Shown here: one piece after another, positions 13,951-26,879 of the stretch | How positions within the stretch are numbered: position 1 is the stretch's first letter | Layout: the number at the start of each line of letters is the position of its first letter | NCBI RefSeq assembly: GCF_963921235.1 | Contig: NC_086108.1 | Location: 108,068,001-108,132,000 of the forward strand | DNA: 64,000 nt | Source of the DNA: Mobula hypostoma | Lineage: Eukaryota | Direction: 5' to 3' | The notes under the pieces: model-generated | The model's input: only the letters and a program-made list of their open reading frames with translations | Database searches by the model: none | Told to the model about the DNA's origin: nothing | Made by a program: the position numbers and the translations under genes

Positions 13951-15531
13951 CTGCTGACTAAGTATTTCACATCTGACAAGCATGAACTCTATTGCCATGT
14001 AAACATGTTACAAATAATCTTTCAAAATCACACTGAGGTGGGGGGAGGATCCGAGAATTCAAGCTTGCCATCTCTAAGCCAGCTGTTTAGGAACTATTTC
14101 TTCGCTCGAATTGTGTTGCAACTCTCTTCTCTGGAGGGTGCTGAGAATAGCTCGGGCTTACTTGACTCAGAGATTGATAGATTTTTGGATACGTTAGGAA
14201 TTAAGGGATGTGGAGATCGCGTGAGAAAGTGGAGTTGAGTGGATTAACGGTGAGCTGATCGAATGGGCAAGTAAACTCGAGGGGCTGAACTGTCTCATGT
14301 TCTGATGTTGCTGTTTGTAACTGTAATCCTCTCAGAGTAATCTTCACACCGCTGGTATAGTGTTGTGCCACGATGGTTGATTTTTAAAAAACTTCCCTTT
14401 ATTGACATTCCTAACATTGTAATGCTGGATTGGTACAATATCCAGAATCAGGCTTATTATCAGTGAAATTGTGTTCTGTGGCAGCAGTACAGTCTAACAC
14501 ATATAAAAAATTACTATCAGGTATGATGAGAAATAAATAAAAATATAAATAAGTAGCACAAAAAAGAGCACAATGGTGAGGTGGTGTTCGTGGACCTTTG
14601 AGAAATCTGAATGTGAGGGAGAAGAAGTTGTTCGTAAAATGTTGAGTGTGTGCCATGAGAAGAGGGCATGTGCTAACGGTGTCATGAAATTCGCAAGGAT
14701 GCCTCATTCTTCTGCCCAGGATTGTATTTGTCCATGTGGAGCGGAGAGCGAGTCTGTAACTCTGGTGGGAGCAAAGGGTGTTGGGAATGGTGAGGGTAGG
14801 GTGCGTAGGACAGGGTGTGGCACAGATGGCAGAGAAGGAATGCCGGGGGCAAGATGTGGCACGGGCGAAGACACATCCAGGCATGAGCCACCGGGCAAGG
14901 CAATTTGATTCCAAGCAATCAGTTCATTGATCATTACAGAATGTCTCTCTGAGTGCTTCGCACTCCCTTCCCCTTTTCCCAACCACGATTCCCCTCTCCC
15001 TGCCTTCTTCCCGCTCTCAGTCCACTATAGAGACCCATATCAGAATCAGGTTTATCATCACTCACATATATCATGAAATTTGTTATATATATATAAAAGA
15101 AGTGCAAAAAGAGAGCAAAAGTAGTGAGATAGTGTTCATGGGTCCATTGTCCATTCAGAAATTGGGTGGCAGAGGGGAAGAAGCTGTGCCTGAAACTTTG
15201 AGTGTGTGTCTTTACGCTCCTTTGCCTTCTCCTGAGTAGCTGGAGCATAGAAGATCATTTGGCACATCAAGTCCATGCCAGCTTTCTAAATTAATCCTCT
15301 CAGCCTCCATGCCCTGATTCCTGTTCTTAGCATTGCAAATTTATGCATGTGACAATCCAATTTTCTTTTGAAACAATTCATCAACTCCACATCCGCCACT
15401 CATTCAGGCCGTGCATTCCAGGTCATCGGCAGTTGTTGCGTGTAAGATATTTTTTCCTCTTGTCTCCCCACATCTCTTGCAAATCAGTTTTCCTATTGCT
15501 GGTGCCAACAGTTAATGGGAAGAATTTATCA

Positions 15532-15872
15532 GAAACACAAGAGATTCTGCAGATGCTGGAAATCTTGAGCAACACACACAAAACACTGAATGAACAGCAG
15601 ATCGGGATCATGGGACAGGAGGCCCAGGGAGAAGGATGATCCTCTCATATCCCTTTTGCCAATCACCTGTCCAGTTCTTGGCTCCATCCCTCCCCCTCCT
15701 GACTTCTCATATCATTTTGGATCTCCCTCTCCCCCTCCCACTTTCAAATCTCTTACTAGCTCTTCCTTCAGTTAGTCCTGACGAAGGGTCTCAGCCCGAA
15801 ACGTCAACTGTACCTCTTCCTAGAGATGCTGCCTGGCCTGCTGCGTTCACCAGCAACTTTGATGTGTGTTGC
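15532..15872 (+). mobile_element. Internally deleted Penelope-derived terminal-repeat fragment with hammerhead motif
   Basis: 15635-15872 closely matches 20470-20706. The hammerhead core is at 15774-15809. Confidence 0.8.
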
Positions 15873-16389
15873 TCATATAAAAGATATTGCTTGCTTTAGC
15901 TAAAACAATCATATCTCTGACCACTTCTTAACAAATCAAATTTAGCATTTCTTACTCCAGCTTCTCTTAATTGAGCTTGTAGGTATCGTTCCAGTCCAGA
16001 TGAAGGGTTTTGGCCCAAAATGTCAACTGTTTATATCTCATATTTGCTGCCTGACCTGCTGTGTTCCTCCACTATTTCATGTGGGTTGCTCAAGATTTGA
16101 CAAAGTTTAGGCCTTTTGCGGTTCAAATATTTCTCACTTGATGTGTCAAAGAAGCTCTTAGAATTTTTTTTGAAGAGAGGTAATTCCTGTCAGTTTTCTG
16201 GCCAAATTGGTCATTGGTTTACTTTTGTTGCATGTACAAAGGTATAGTGAAGTGCTTTTGTTACAGTCATACATCTTGATTAGTCAGGGAGTCAAAGGTT
16301 AAGGGGAGAAAGCAGGGGAATGGGGTTGAGAGAGATGATCCATCAACTTAACCGAACTTCTTTTAATTGTTGAAATTGAACCCAATCCA

Positions 16390-16920
16390 CCAGTACCGTG
16401 CTCAGTTCTGGTCACCTCACTACAGGAAGGATGTGGAAACCATAGAAAGAGTGCAGAGGAGATTTACAAGGATGTTGCCTGAAATGGGGAGCATGTCTTG
16501 TGAGAATAGGTTGAGTGAACTTGGCCTTTTCTCCTTGGAGCGACGGAGGATGAAAGGTGACCTGATAGAGCTATACAAGATAATAAGAGGCATTGATCGT
16601 GTGGATAGTCAGAGGCTTTTTCCCAGGGCTGAAATGGCTAGCATGAGAGGGCATAGTTTTAAGGTGCTTGGAAGTAGGTACAGAGGAGATGTCAGGAGCA
16701 AATTTTTTACACAGAGTGGTGAGTGCGTGGAATGGGTTGCCAGCGTCGGAAATGATAGGGTCTTTTAAGAGACTCCTGGATGGCTACATAGAGCTTAGAA
16801 AAATAGAGGGCTGTGGGTAAAGCCTAGGTAGTTCTAAGGTAGGGACATGTTCAGCACAGCTTTGTGGGCTGAAGGGCCTGTATTGTGCTGTATGTTTTCT
16901 ATGTTTCTATATGTTTCTAT
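16390..16920 (+). mobile_element. CR1 LINE 3' fragment
   Basis: AQFWSPHYRKDVETIERVQRRFTRMLP...SLERRRMKGDLIE, followed by a TTTCTATG-type tail. Confidence 0.9.
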
Positions 16921-17609
16921 AATAAATCAGCCATGATTGAATGGTGGAGTAGGCTCGTGGGGCGAATGACCTAATTCTGCTCTTGTGTCTTCTGATCTTG
17001 CAAGTACGCTGAGGTCGTACAGAAGAAAAGATAAATAGGACACAGATCTTCAGTCCTAATGAAGGGTCTCAGCACAAAATGTCAACTGTTTATTCCCCAC
17101 CTTAGATGCTGCCTGACCTGCTGAGTTCCTCTGCCATTTTGTGTGTGTTGCTAATGGGATTCAGCAGGTACTTCACTAACTGTTAAAAGGTTAGGGAACA
17201 TCCAAACTGGAGAATAAATGCAAACCTTTATTTATCTGTAGTACCCTGAAGCAGGTCTGGACTAGTGTACCTGACACATTACTGGCTTGTCTGGAATCTT
17301 AATTCTAGTCAAGTGATCAGGGCTAGGATCAGTAGAGGACTGCCAGACTAGGTAACAGCTTCTTCCCTCAGGCTGTGAGACTAATGAATACCCTGCCACC
17401 ACTGACGTCTCATCACTTAGACAGCGAGCTGTTTACTGTTTACCTGTGGTGTGCACCACATGCACTTTGAATTTTATTTTATTAACATATTTATGTTAAT
17501 ATTTTGTTTTAAGTGTGGTATGCTTTGTTGGTGCACCATAGTCCAGAGGAACACTGTTTTGTTTGGTTGTATGGCACCGTGCAAAAATGTTAGGTACATA
17601 TACAGTATA

Positions 17610-18185
17610 CGAGCAGTGATTGGTAAGTTTGTGGCCTAAGGTAGAAAGAGTCCATTTTAGAAAACCTAGCACATTTATTTTTCAACATATATGTACACAC
17701 TTAGTCCAGCGGTCGTGGAGCTTACGGATCTTGGACCTCCAGAAAGTGTCCACAGCATGGGTGCCCAAGGTAGAAGGAGATAAAATATACAGCTCTCGTT
17801 GCGTGCACATGCAGTTCAACTCTTTGAGTGATTATGCGAAGGTTTGAAGTTAATAACTCCTCGGCGGTGATTGATAAGTTCGCGGCCTAAGGTAGAAGGA
17901 GATGAGTTATTAACTCTCTGCATAATCACTGAAAGAGTTGGACTGCATGTGCACGTAATGAGAGCTGTATAACTCATCTCCTTCTACCTAGGGCCACGAA
18001 CTTATCAATCACCCCTGCTGTGGACACTTTCTGGAGGTCCAAGATCGATATGCTCCACGACCGCTGGACTAAGTGTGTACATATATGTTGAAAAATAAAT
18101 GTGCTAGGTTTTCTAAAATTGACTCCTTCTACCTTAGGCCACGATAAGTTCTACCTTAGGCCACGAACTTATCAATCACCCCTCG
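17610..18185. mobile_element. Mariner-like fold-back MITE with internal terminal inverted repeat (TIR) copies
   Basis: The left end TA|CGAGCAGTGATTGGTAAGTTTGTGGCCTAAGGTAGAA mirrors the right end TTCTACCTTAGGCCACGAACTTATCAATCACCCCTCG. The arms are near-palindromic over about 250 bp. Confidence 0.8.
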
Positions 18186-19179
18186 TCTAGCTGGGGTGCC
18201 TAAGACTGTTGCGCAGTGCTGTATTTGTCAACGTGGAGTGGAGTGTGAGTTTGTAAATCCGGAGGGGGAGGGAGGCAATGGTGTATATGGAGTGCCATGG
18301 GAGAGCTGTGGGACAGGTGGCAGAGAAGGAGTGCCGGGGCGGGTGGGGCGTGGGGAGTGGTGGCAGACCTGAGGCACCATGGAAAGTCATTTGATACAAA
18401 ACAAGTAGTTTATTGATCATTACAGAATACCCCTCTGGTGCTTCCCACTCCTTCCCCTCTCCCTTCCCCTCTTCCCAACCATGATTCTCCTCTCCCTGCC
18501 CCCTTCCCACTCTCAGTCCACAATAGAGACCCACATCAGAATCAGGTTTGTCATCACTCACATGTCATGAAATGTGTTTTTGTGGCAGCACTACAGTACT
18601 GTCTAGTGTATTAGTGAGCTACTAAGACTTGATGTTTCAATCCCTATGGTAAGTTGGCACTCTCGATGTTGGCAATGGGTTTGGAGTGGTGACAAGGAGG
18701 CGGGGTAGGTACGTCATCGGGGTCATCAGGTGGGCACCCTCCTTCTTTAACATTTTGTTTATAAGCCCACGACATCTCCAGAGGGCTCAACGGTGCTACC
18801 TGGCGTCCCAGATACACCCCCCTCAGTTCCATACCCTCCTGTCTTCATCTTGCAGCCCAGTTGTTGTCTTTCCTTTTAATCCAAATCCAGTTGCTGCTTT
18901 CTTCTGCTGCATTTGACAATAAAAGAACAGTCAGATGACAATAAACTTGAATTTGAGCTTAATTCTTCTTTGTATATTGTGCACTACATTGATAGAAAGA
19001 AGGAGTTAGGAGCTTCTAACGCCTTGTATTCTGTGGCTAAAGTGGCCTCCTCGATATGTTTCCTGACATCATAAAGACTGTAAACAACAGGAATTCTGCA
19101 GATGCTGGAAATTCAAGCAACACACATCAAAGTTGCTGGTGAACGCAGCAGGCCAGGCAGCATCTCTAGGAAGAGGCGC

Positions 19180-19215
19180 AGTCGACGTTTCAGGCCGAGA
19201 CCCTTCGTCAGGATT
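19180..19215 (-). ncRNA. Minimal hammerhead ribozyme motif (stem I has one mismatch)
   Basis: Minus strand AATC CTGACGA A GGGT CTCG GCCT GAAA C GTC GACT. Confidence 0.65.
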
Positions 19216-20607
19216 AACTGAAGGAAGAGTGAGTGAGAGATTTGAAAGTTGGAGGGGGAGGGGGAGATGCAAAATGATAGGAGAAGACAGGAGGGGGAGG
19301 GATAGAGCCAAGAGCTGGACAGGTGATAGGCAAAAGGGGATACGAGAGGATCATGGGACAGGAGGTCCGGGAAGAAAGGTGGGGGGGGGGGACCCAGAGG
19401 ATGGGCAAGAGATATATTCAGAGGGACAGAGGGAGAAAAAGGAGAGTGAGAGAAAGAATGTGTGCATAAAAATAGTAACAGATGGGGTACAAGGGGGAGG
19501 TGGGGCATTAGCGGAAGTTAGAGAAATCGATGTTCATGCCATCAGGTTGGAGGCTACCCAGACGGAATATAAGGTGTTGTTCCTCCAACCTGAGTGTGGC
19601 TTCATCTTTACAGTAGAGGAGGCCGTGGATAGACATGTCAGAATGGGAATGGGATGTGGAATTAAAATGTGTGGCCACTGGGAGATCCTGCTTTCTCCGG
19701 CGGACAGAGCGTAGGTGTTCAGCAAAGCGGTCTCCCAGTCTGCGTCAGGTCTCGCCAACGGGATCCCACCACTGAGCACATCTTTCCCTCCCCCCCGTCT
19801 CTGCTTTCCGCAGGGATCGCTCCCTACGCAACTCCCTTGTCCATTCGTCCCCCCCATCCCTCCCCACTGATCTCCCTCCTGGCACTTATCCATGTAAACG
19901 GAACAAGTGCTACACATGCCCTTACACTTCCTCCCTTACCACCATTCAGGGCCCCAAACAGTCCTTCCAGGTGAGGTGACACTTCGCCTGTGAGTCGGCT
20001 GGGGTGATATACTGCGTCCGGTGCTCCCTATGTGGCCTTTTATATAAATTTTATATATTGGCGAGACCCGACGCAGACTGGGAGACCGCTTTGCTGAACA
20101 CCTACGCTCTGTCTGCCAGAGAAAGCAGGAGCTCCCAGTGGCCACACATTTTAATTCCACATCCCATTCCCATTCTGACATGTCTATCCACAGCCTCCTC
20201 TACTGTAAAGATGAAGCCACACTCAGGTTGGAGGAACAACACCTTATATTCCGTCTGGGTAGCCTCCAACCTGATGGCATGAACATCGACTTCTCTAACT
20301 TCCGCTAATGCCCCACCTCCCCCTCGTACCCCATCTGTTACTTATTTTTATACACACATTCTTTCTCTCACTCTCCTTTTTCTCCCTCTGTCCCTCTGAA
20401 TATATCCCTTGCCCATCCTCTGGGTTCCCCCCGCCCCCCCCCTTGTCTTTCTTCCCGGACCTCCTGTCCCATGATCCTCTCGTATCCCTTTTGCCTATCA
20501 CCTGTCCAGCTCTTGGCTCCATCCCTCCCCCTCCTGTCTTCTCCTATCATTTTGGATCTCCCCCTCCCCTCCAACTTTCAAATCTCTTACTCACTCTTCC
20601 TTCAGTT

Positions 20608-20643
20608 AGTCCTGACGAAGGGTCTTGGCCTGAAACGTCGACT
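20608..20643 (+). ncRNA. Minimal hammerhead ribozyme motif
   Basis: AGTC CTGACGA A GGGT CTTG GCCT GAAA C GTC GACT: intact core, stem I AGTC/GACT and a stem II hairpin. Confidence 0.75.
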
Positions 20644-21409
20644 GCACCACTTCCTATAGATGCTGCTTGGCCTGCTGCGTTCACCAGCAACTTTGATGTG
20701 TGTTGCTATCATAAAGACTGTAATCCCATTGCCCTAAAGCAGAGTGCTGTGGAAAATAACACGTGGCAACCACGGGTACTGTAGAGGTATTTCTGTGCCC
20801 TTTGGGCACCACAGGGGATAAATGCCATCCTTGATGAGAATTGGAAGCTGTTAGTTCAGTCTGCATTCTTATGATTTGTCTGTTTTTGTGATTGTACAAT
20901 AGTACTGTGTAGTAGTTTGAATTTATAATGAATGCATTTTGCTGGAAAAAAAATCAGAGTCCATCAGTTGCCCTGTTCTCTGCTGTGCGTTGCTTCAAAT
21001 ATTAATCTGAGCGTGTTGTTTACAGCTGACATCTCTGTCTCCTTTTTGTCTGGTAGAACATGGCACAGTACAGCCGTGGAACATCAGCCCACCAGATCTG
21101 TGCTGAACATGATACTGAATTAAACAAATCCCTTCTGCCTGCAAAAGGTGCACAGCCCACTACTCTGCATATTCATGATGTCTCTTAAACACCTCTATTG
21201 TGTCTGTATCAATCACTTTCATGGCAGCCATACCAGCTAACCAACATACTCACCACATGCATCTCTCTTAAACTTCATCCTCCTCTCAACTTAGATACCT
21301 GTCCTTTAGTACCTGACTTTTATCAACTTCTATCAGCTGCTGCCACTCCAGAGAAAATGACCCGATTCTTTACCGCCTTCCCGCGGTATTTCCCCCCACC
21401 AACCCTTAT

Positions 21410-22235
21410 GACCATAAGACACAGGAGCACAATTAAACCATTCAGCCCATCAAGTCTGTGCCGTCATTCTATTTTGGCTGATTTATTATCCCTCTCAACC
21501 CCATTCTCCTGCCTTCTCCCCACCCTGACTAATCAAGAACCTATCAAGCTCCACTTTACATATACCTAATGACTTGGCCTCCACAGCCATCTGACAATGA
21601 AGTCCACAGATTCACTACCTTTTGGCTAAAGAAATTTCTGCTCTAAATGGATGTCTTACTATTTTGAGGCTGCGTCCTTTGGTCTTACACTCTCCCACTA
21701 TTGGAAACATCCTCTCCACATCCACTCGATCTAGGTGTTTCAATGTTTAATAAGCTTCAATGAGAATCCCCCTTCCCCATTCTTCTAAATGCCAGTGAGT
21801 ACAGACCCAGAGCCATCAAATGCTCCTCATACATTAACCAATTCATTCCCAAGATGATTCTCGTGAATCTCCTCTCAACTCTCTCCAAATCCTCTCTTAG
21901 ATATGGTATCCAAAGCTGCTCACAATACTTCAAGTGAAGTCTGAGCAGTACCTCATCTCAGCGTAGTCTGGGAGAAGGGTCTAGGCCTGAAACGTTGACT
22001 GTGTATTCATTCCCATAGATGTTGCCTGACCTGCTGAAATCACCCAGCAGTTTGTGTGTGTTCCTCAGCATTTTATGTTTGCTTTTACATTCTAGTTCTC
22101 TGAAATTGAATACTAACATTGCATTTGCCTTCCTCACCTCTGACTCAACCTGCAATTTAACCTTTAAGAATCTTGCCTGAAGACTCCCGAGTCCCTTTGC
22201 ACCTCTGATTTCTGAATTTACTCCCCGTTTAGACC
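21410..22235 (-). mobile_element. CR1 LINE 3' fragment with a nested Penelope-derived short repeat (~21960-22062)
   Basis: Minus strand LKVKLQVESEVRKANAML... plus the CR1 3' UTR. Confidence 0.8.
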
Positions 22236-22490
22236 ATGCCAATTCCCTCTTTTTTTTGCACACCCTCCCCCCCTAACTTCATTAACTGGGAGTCGCAGAG
22301 TGGATCAAGTGACAGAGCAAAATTCCGTCAGGATTATAGAGCAAATGACTGTTTGAGGGGAAGGGCTGTGGTACATTTAGAAGCATTGACATCAGTCCTG
22401 ACATTCCTGAGTAAAGCCCTCGACCCAAGGGCACAAGGGAGCAGAACTGAGGGTGGACATGTACAGTCGCAGCATTACCGGTGCACTTAG

Positions 22491-22587
22491 AGACACACAC
22501 ACACACGCACACACACACACACACACACCACACACACACACCACACACACACCACACACACACACCACACACACACACACACACACG

Positions 22588-22618
<31 letters not shown>

Positions 22619-22750
22619 CACACACACACCACACACACACACGCACACACACACCACACACACACACGCACGCACGCACACACACACACACACACACACA
22701 CCACACACACACCACACACACACACGCATGCACACACACACACACACACA

Positions 22751-22782
<32 letters not shown>

Positions 22783-23006
22783 CCACACACACACCACACA
22801 CACACACCACACACACACACGCACGCACACACACAGCACACACACAGCACACACACACACGCACACACACACGCACACACACACACACACACACACAGCA
22901 CACACGCACACACACACGCACACACGCACGCACACACGCACACACACACGCACACACACACACACACACACACCACACACACACACCACACACACACACA
23001 CACACG

Positions 23007-23037
<31 letters not shown>

Positions 23038-23166
23038 CACACACACACCACACACACACACGCACACACACACCACACACACACACGCACGCACGCACAC
23101 ACACACACACACACACCACACACACACACACACGCATGCACACACACACACACACATACACACGCA

Positions 23167-23198
<32 letters not shown>

Positions 23199-23309
23199 CC
23201 ACACACACACCACACACACACACGCACGCACGCACGCACACACACAGCACACACACAGCACACACACACACACACACACACGCACACACACACACACACA
23301 CGCACACGC

Positions 23310-23347
<38 letters not shown>
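22491..23347. repeat. Compound (CA)n/(CACG)n microsatellite, about 860 bp
   Basis: Directly visible. It generates the six spurious CV/TH ORFs. Confidence 0.98.
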
Positions 23348-23348
<1 letters not shown>

Positions 23349-23350
<2 letters not shown>

Positions 23351-23657
23351 GCAGCATGGTAACATAGTGGTTAGCATGGTGCTTTCAGTGCCAGCGATCC
23401 AAATTCAGTTCCTGCCGCGCTGCCTGTAAGGAGTTTGTACGTTCTCGCTATGACTGCAAGGGTTTACTCTGGCTGCTCTGGTTTCCTCCCACAGTCCAAA
23501 GATGTAGCTGTTAGTAGGTTATTTAGTCATTGTAAATTGTCCCCTGATTAGGCTAGGGTTAAAATCGGGGGAGCTTGGGGAGGGAATAGTTGCTGGGCGG
23601 TGCGGCTCGAAGGACCGGAAGGATCTATTCCACACTGTATCTCAATAAATAAATAAA
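23349..23657 (+). mobile_element. V-SINE (HE1-like), near full length
   Basis: tRNA-like head, central CTCTGGTTTCCTCCCACAGTCCAAAGATG and a (TAAA)n tail. Many more copies, e.g. 5815-6120, 25662-26430, 43303-43550, 45730-46020, 52825-53115 and 63730-63975. Confidence 0.85.
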
Positions 23658-24750
23658 TTGTAAACACACATAGGCATGCACTCAGACACACACACTGCAT
23701 GAACACACAAACATACCAATTCACATGCACTACACTTTTGCACGCACGTGAACACATGCAGAAAATAAAATGCACACAGATATCAGGTGTCTGGATTGTT
23801 ATTTGAATAATTTAACCACAACCCAACGATTTAGCTATTGGTGCCAATGTTCTCCTTTGAATGACCTCTTATTGGTTATCGACCCAGCTCAGTTGTCCGG
23901 AGAGACAACAGTTTGTGTACTGAGCTTCTTGCTCCAAGGTGATGGCTTGCTGACAACAGCTTTTCATGCTTCCTTTACCTTACCTTCAGTGACGTTCACA
24001 GAATGTGCACACCATTGTCCATTTTAATTTCACTGAGAGATACAGCATGGTGACAGGTCCTTCCGCACCATCAACCCTCCACCGCCCAATTACACCCATG
24101 TGAGCAATTAAACTATACTTTATCAAGGCTGTTCAACCTTTGAACGTTACGCAAATAACCAATAAATACTACTGTGAGCATGAGTTTTGGACTCTTTGAA
24201 AGCGAGTCTGTACGTTGTGGAGTCAGTTCAGAGTTGAGGTGAAACTGCGTTGATTCAGGAGCCTGATGGTGGAGGGGTAATAACTATTCTTGAAATTGGT
24301 GACGTGGTTCCTGGGGCTCTTGTACGTCCTTCCTGATGACAGCAGCGAGAAGAGAGCACGGCCTGCATGGTGGGGGTCCTTGATGATGGATGCTGCTTTC
24401 CTGTGGCAGCGTTCCTTGCAAGTGCGCTCAATGACAGGGAGGGCACTTGTGTGAATTTTGCCGCAGGTTTTCCAGCTTGTGCAGAATCTCGTGTGTCTGA
24501 AGTGAAATATCCATGTGCGAATATTGGTGCAGCGCAGAAGATGCACAGTTTGTGCGATGCCATTACAGCTTGGAGTTCGAAGTTCAATTCCGGTGTCCTC
24601 TGTAAGGAATTTGTATGTCTTCCCATAGAATGACCGTATAGAAGCAGAATGATGCCATTCGGCCCATCGAGCCTGCGTGGGTTTCCTCCCGCAATCCAAA
24701 GATGTAGCAGCTGGTAGGTTATTTGGTCATTGTAAATTGTCCCGTGATTA

Positions 24751-25180
24751 CTTACTGCCTATTACACCGCTGGTATTTAGGGCAGCAATGAAGGTCGCCC
24801 ATCTCTGGCAGTGTTCAGGGTCATCATGTCAGCAGCTTCCTCTCGGTTTTCATTACTGTCAGTCATGCAAGTCCCAAGGGCAGACTCAGGAATACCATCA
24901 CACTCAGATGTAGGATTCTTCATTGCTGTCTCTTTTACAATTTTGTTTTACCAGTCAAGAGTTGTTAGCCTTGAGCTAAACCCCTGAAGCTGGAGGACCA
25001 GAGGACTTCTGTTAGTTTGCCCTGTACCCTTTAACCTGCTTGGCAAGGGTGACCTTCCCAAGAGCCAAAGCATAAAGCCCTGACTTCAGCAAATGGATCT
25101 CTCCAGGTCATTGAAGCATGCAGACCTCCAAACCCTACGGCTATGCTGTGGTTCTTTTGGCGGGGGAACGGGGGGGGAAT
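24751..25180 (-). mobile_element. RTE-related non-autonomous element inserted in a V-SINE
   Basis: Splits the SINE between 24750 and 25181. A related copy at ~48909-49483 also splits a SINE. The family call is from resemblance to RTE UTRs. Confidence 0.55.
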
Positions 25181-26879
25181 CCTGTGAATAGGTTAGGGTT
25201 AAATAATTGAGTGGCAGGGCGGTGCATCTTGAAGGGCCGGAAGGGCCTTTTGCGCGCCGTATGTCTAAATAAATATCTAATCTGACTGAGGTACTCCAGC
25301 TTCTATTTATGATAATTTTATGATGGTTTTGTGTTTTCACAAACTCCCAAGCTGCTGCTGGTATAATATACCAATTGATAAAGCATTAAGGAACACGCTG
25401 TTTATCACTGCTACGCATTCATTATCCAGTAATGTCCATTTCCTTTCGATTATTAAAGCAAATTGCGTAAATCCTGCTTTCCAGTGTGCTGAGCTTTCTA
25501 GTCGGCCTGGTAATGTGACCGTACAGATGGATTAACTCAGTCTGTGCACAGTTTGCGCAAGATTAATTCAGAAAGAAATGATAATCTAATTACAGTAAGG
25601 AGCGACGTATCGGACTGTTGGGTCAGTACACAAAGCAAAAGCACTGGGATTTGTGAAACTTGAGGGCTGCGCGGTACCATAACCCGGCAACCCAGTTTCA
25701 ATTCCTGCCACTGCCTTGTAAGGAGTTGGTTACCTCCGGGTGCTCCGGTTTCCTTCCACAGTCTACAGACGTTCCAGTTAGTAGGTCGATTGGCCATTGT
25801 AAATTGTCCTGTGATTAGACTATGGTTCAACAGGTGAGTTGCTGGGCAGTGCAGTTTGTTGTGCTGGAAGGGTCTGGTCTGTGCTGTATCTCAGATCTGA
25901 TGTTCGTTTTCTTACAGGCATTCACGGTAGCGTAGCTGTTAGCACGACGCTGTTACAGCTCGGGGCGTCAGAGTTCAGAGTTCAGTCCTGACATCCTCTG
26001 TAAGGAGTTGGTCCTGTGATTAGCCTCAAGTTAAAGAGATGGGTTGCTGAGCGGTGCAGCTCATTGGCCAGAAGGGTCTGTGCCATGCTGTATCTCCAAA
26101 AATTTGGTGTCCCAGAAGACAGGAAGCATAATGCCATTACAGAGCCAGCGACCTGGGTTCATTTGCTGCCGCTGTCTGTAAGCAGTTTGTACGTTCTTCC
26201 TGTGACTGTGTGGGTTTCCTCCGGGTGCTCCAGTTTCCTCCCACGTTTCTAAAGCTGTGCCAGTTAGGGTTAGTAAGTTGCGGGCATGCGATGTTGGCGA
26301 CTGAAGCAGGGCAACACCTGTGGTTTGCCACCAGCACATCCTCAGGTCGTGTTGGTTACTGATGCAGCTGAGGCCTTTCACTGTGTTTTTCAATGTTGCG
26401 ATGTACATGGCAAATAAAGCTAACCTTTAACTTTAAACGGAGGTGGTGCAATCGCTTTACACTGACAGTGATCTCCATCTGGGGTTCAATTCCACCATTG
26501 TCTGTAAGACATTGGAGCAGAAACAGGCCATTCGGCCCGTTGAGTCTGCTCCACCCATTCCATCATGGTGAATTTATTATCCCTCTCAAATCTCATTTTC
26601 CCCCTCAACCCTATTCTCCTGCCTTCTGCCTGTAACTTTTCATTCCCCGACTAATCCAGAAACTATCAACCTCTACTTTAAATGTACCTAATGACTTTGT
26701 CTCTACAGCCATCCTTTGTCAACACAGCTTGGGTGGGATTCCTCTGGGTGCTCCAATTTCTTCCTACATTCCAAAGACGTATGGGCTAGTAGATTAATTG
26801 GCCATATGGCTATAACTGGATGCATGGGTTCATTGGGCTGGAAGGATCTGTTAATACACGGGTTGCCTTCTTTATTGCA

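Larger units (their letters stand above)
19084..20707 (+). mobile_element. Penelope-like retroelement, truncated, with inverted terminal arm
   Basis: Inverted arm 19084-~19758 and forward part ~19755-20707 with a GIY-YIG remnant (GVIYCVRCSLCG...YIGETRRRLGDRFAEH, frameshifted by a small duplication near 20040). 16-bp TSD ATCATAAAGACTGTAA at 19068-19083 and 20708-20723. Confidence 0.92.

Noticed and set aside
22282..23429. Six long Cys/Val or His/Thr ORFs
   Set aside because: They are translations of a stop-free CA microsatellite.
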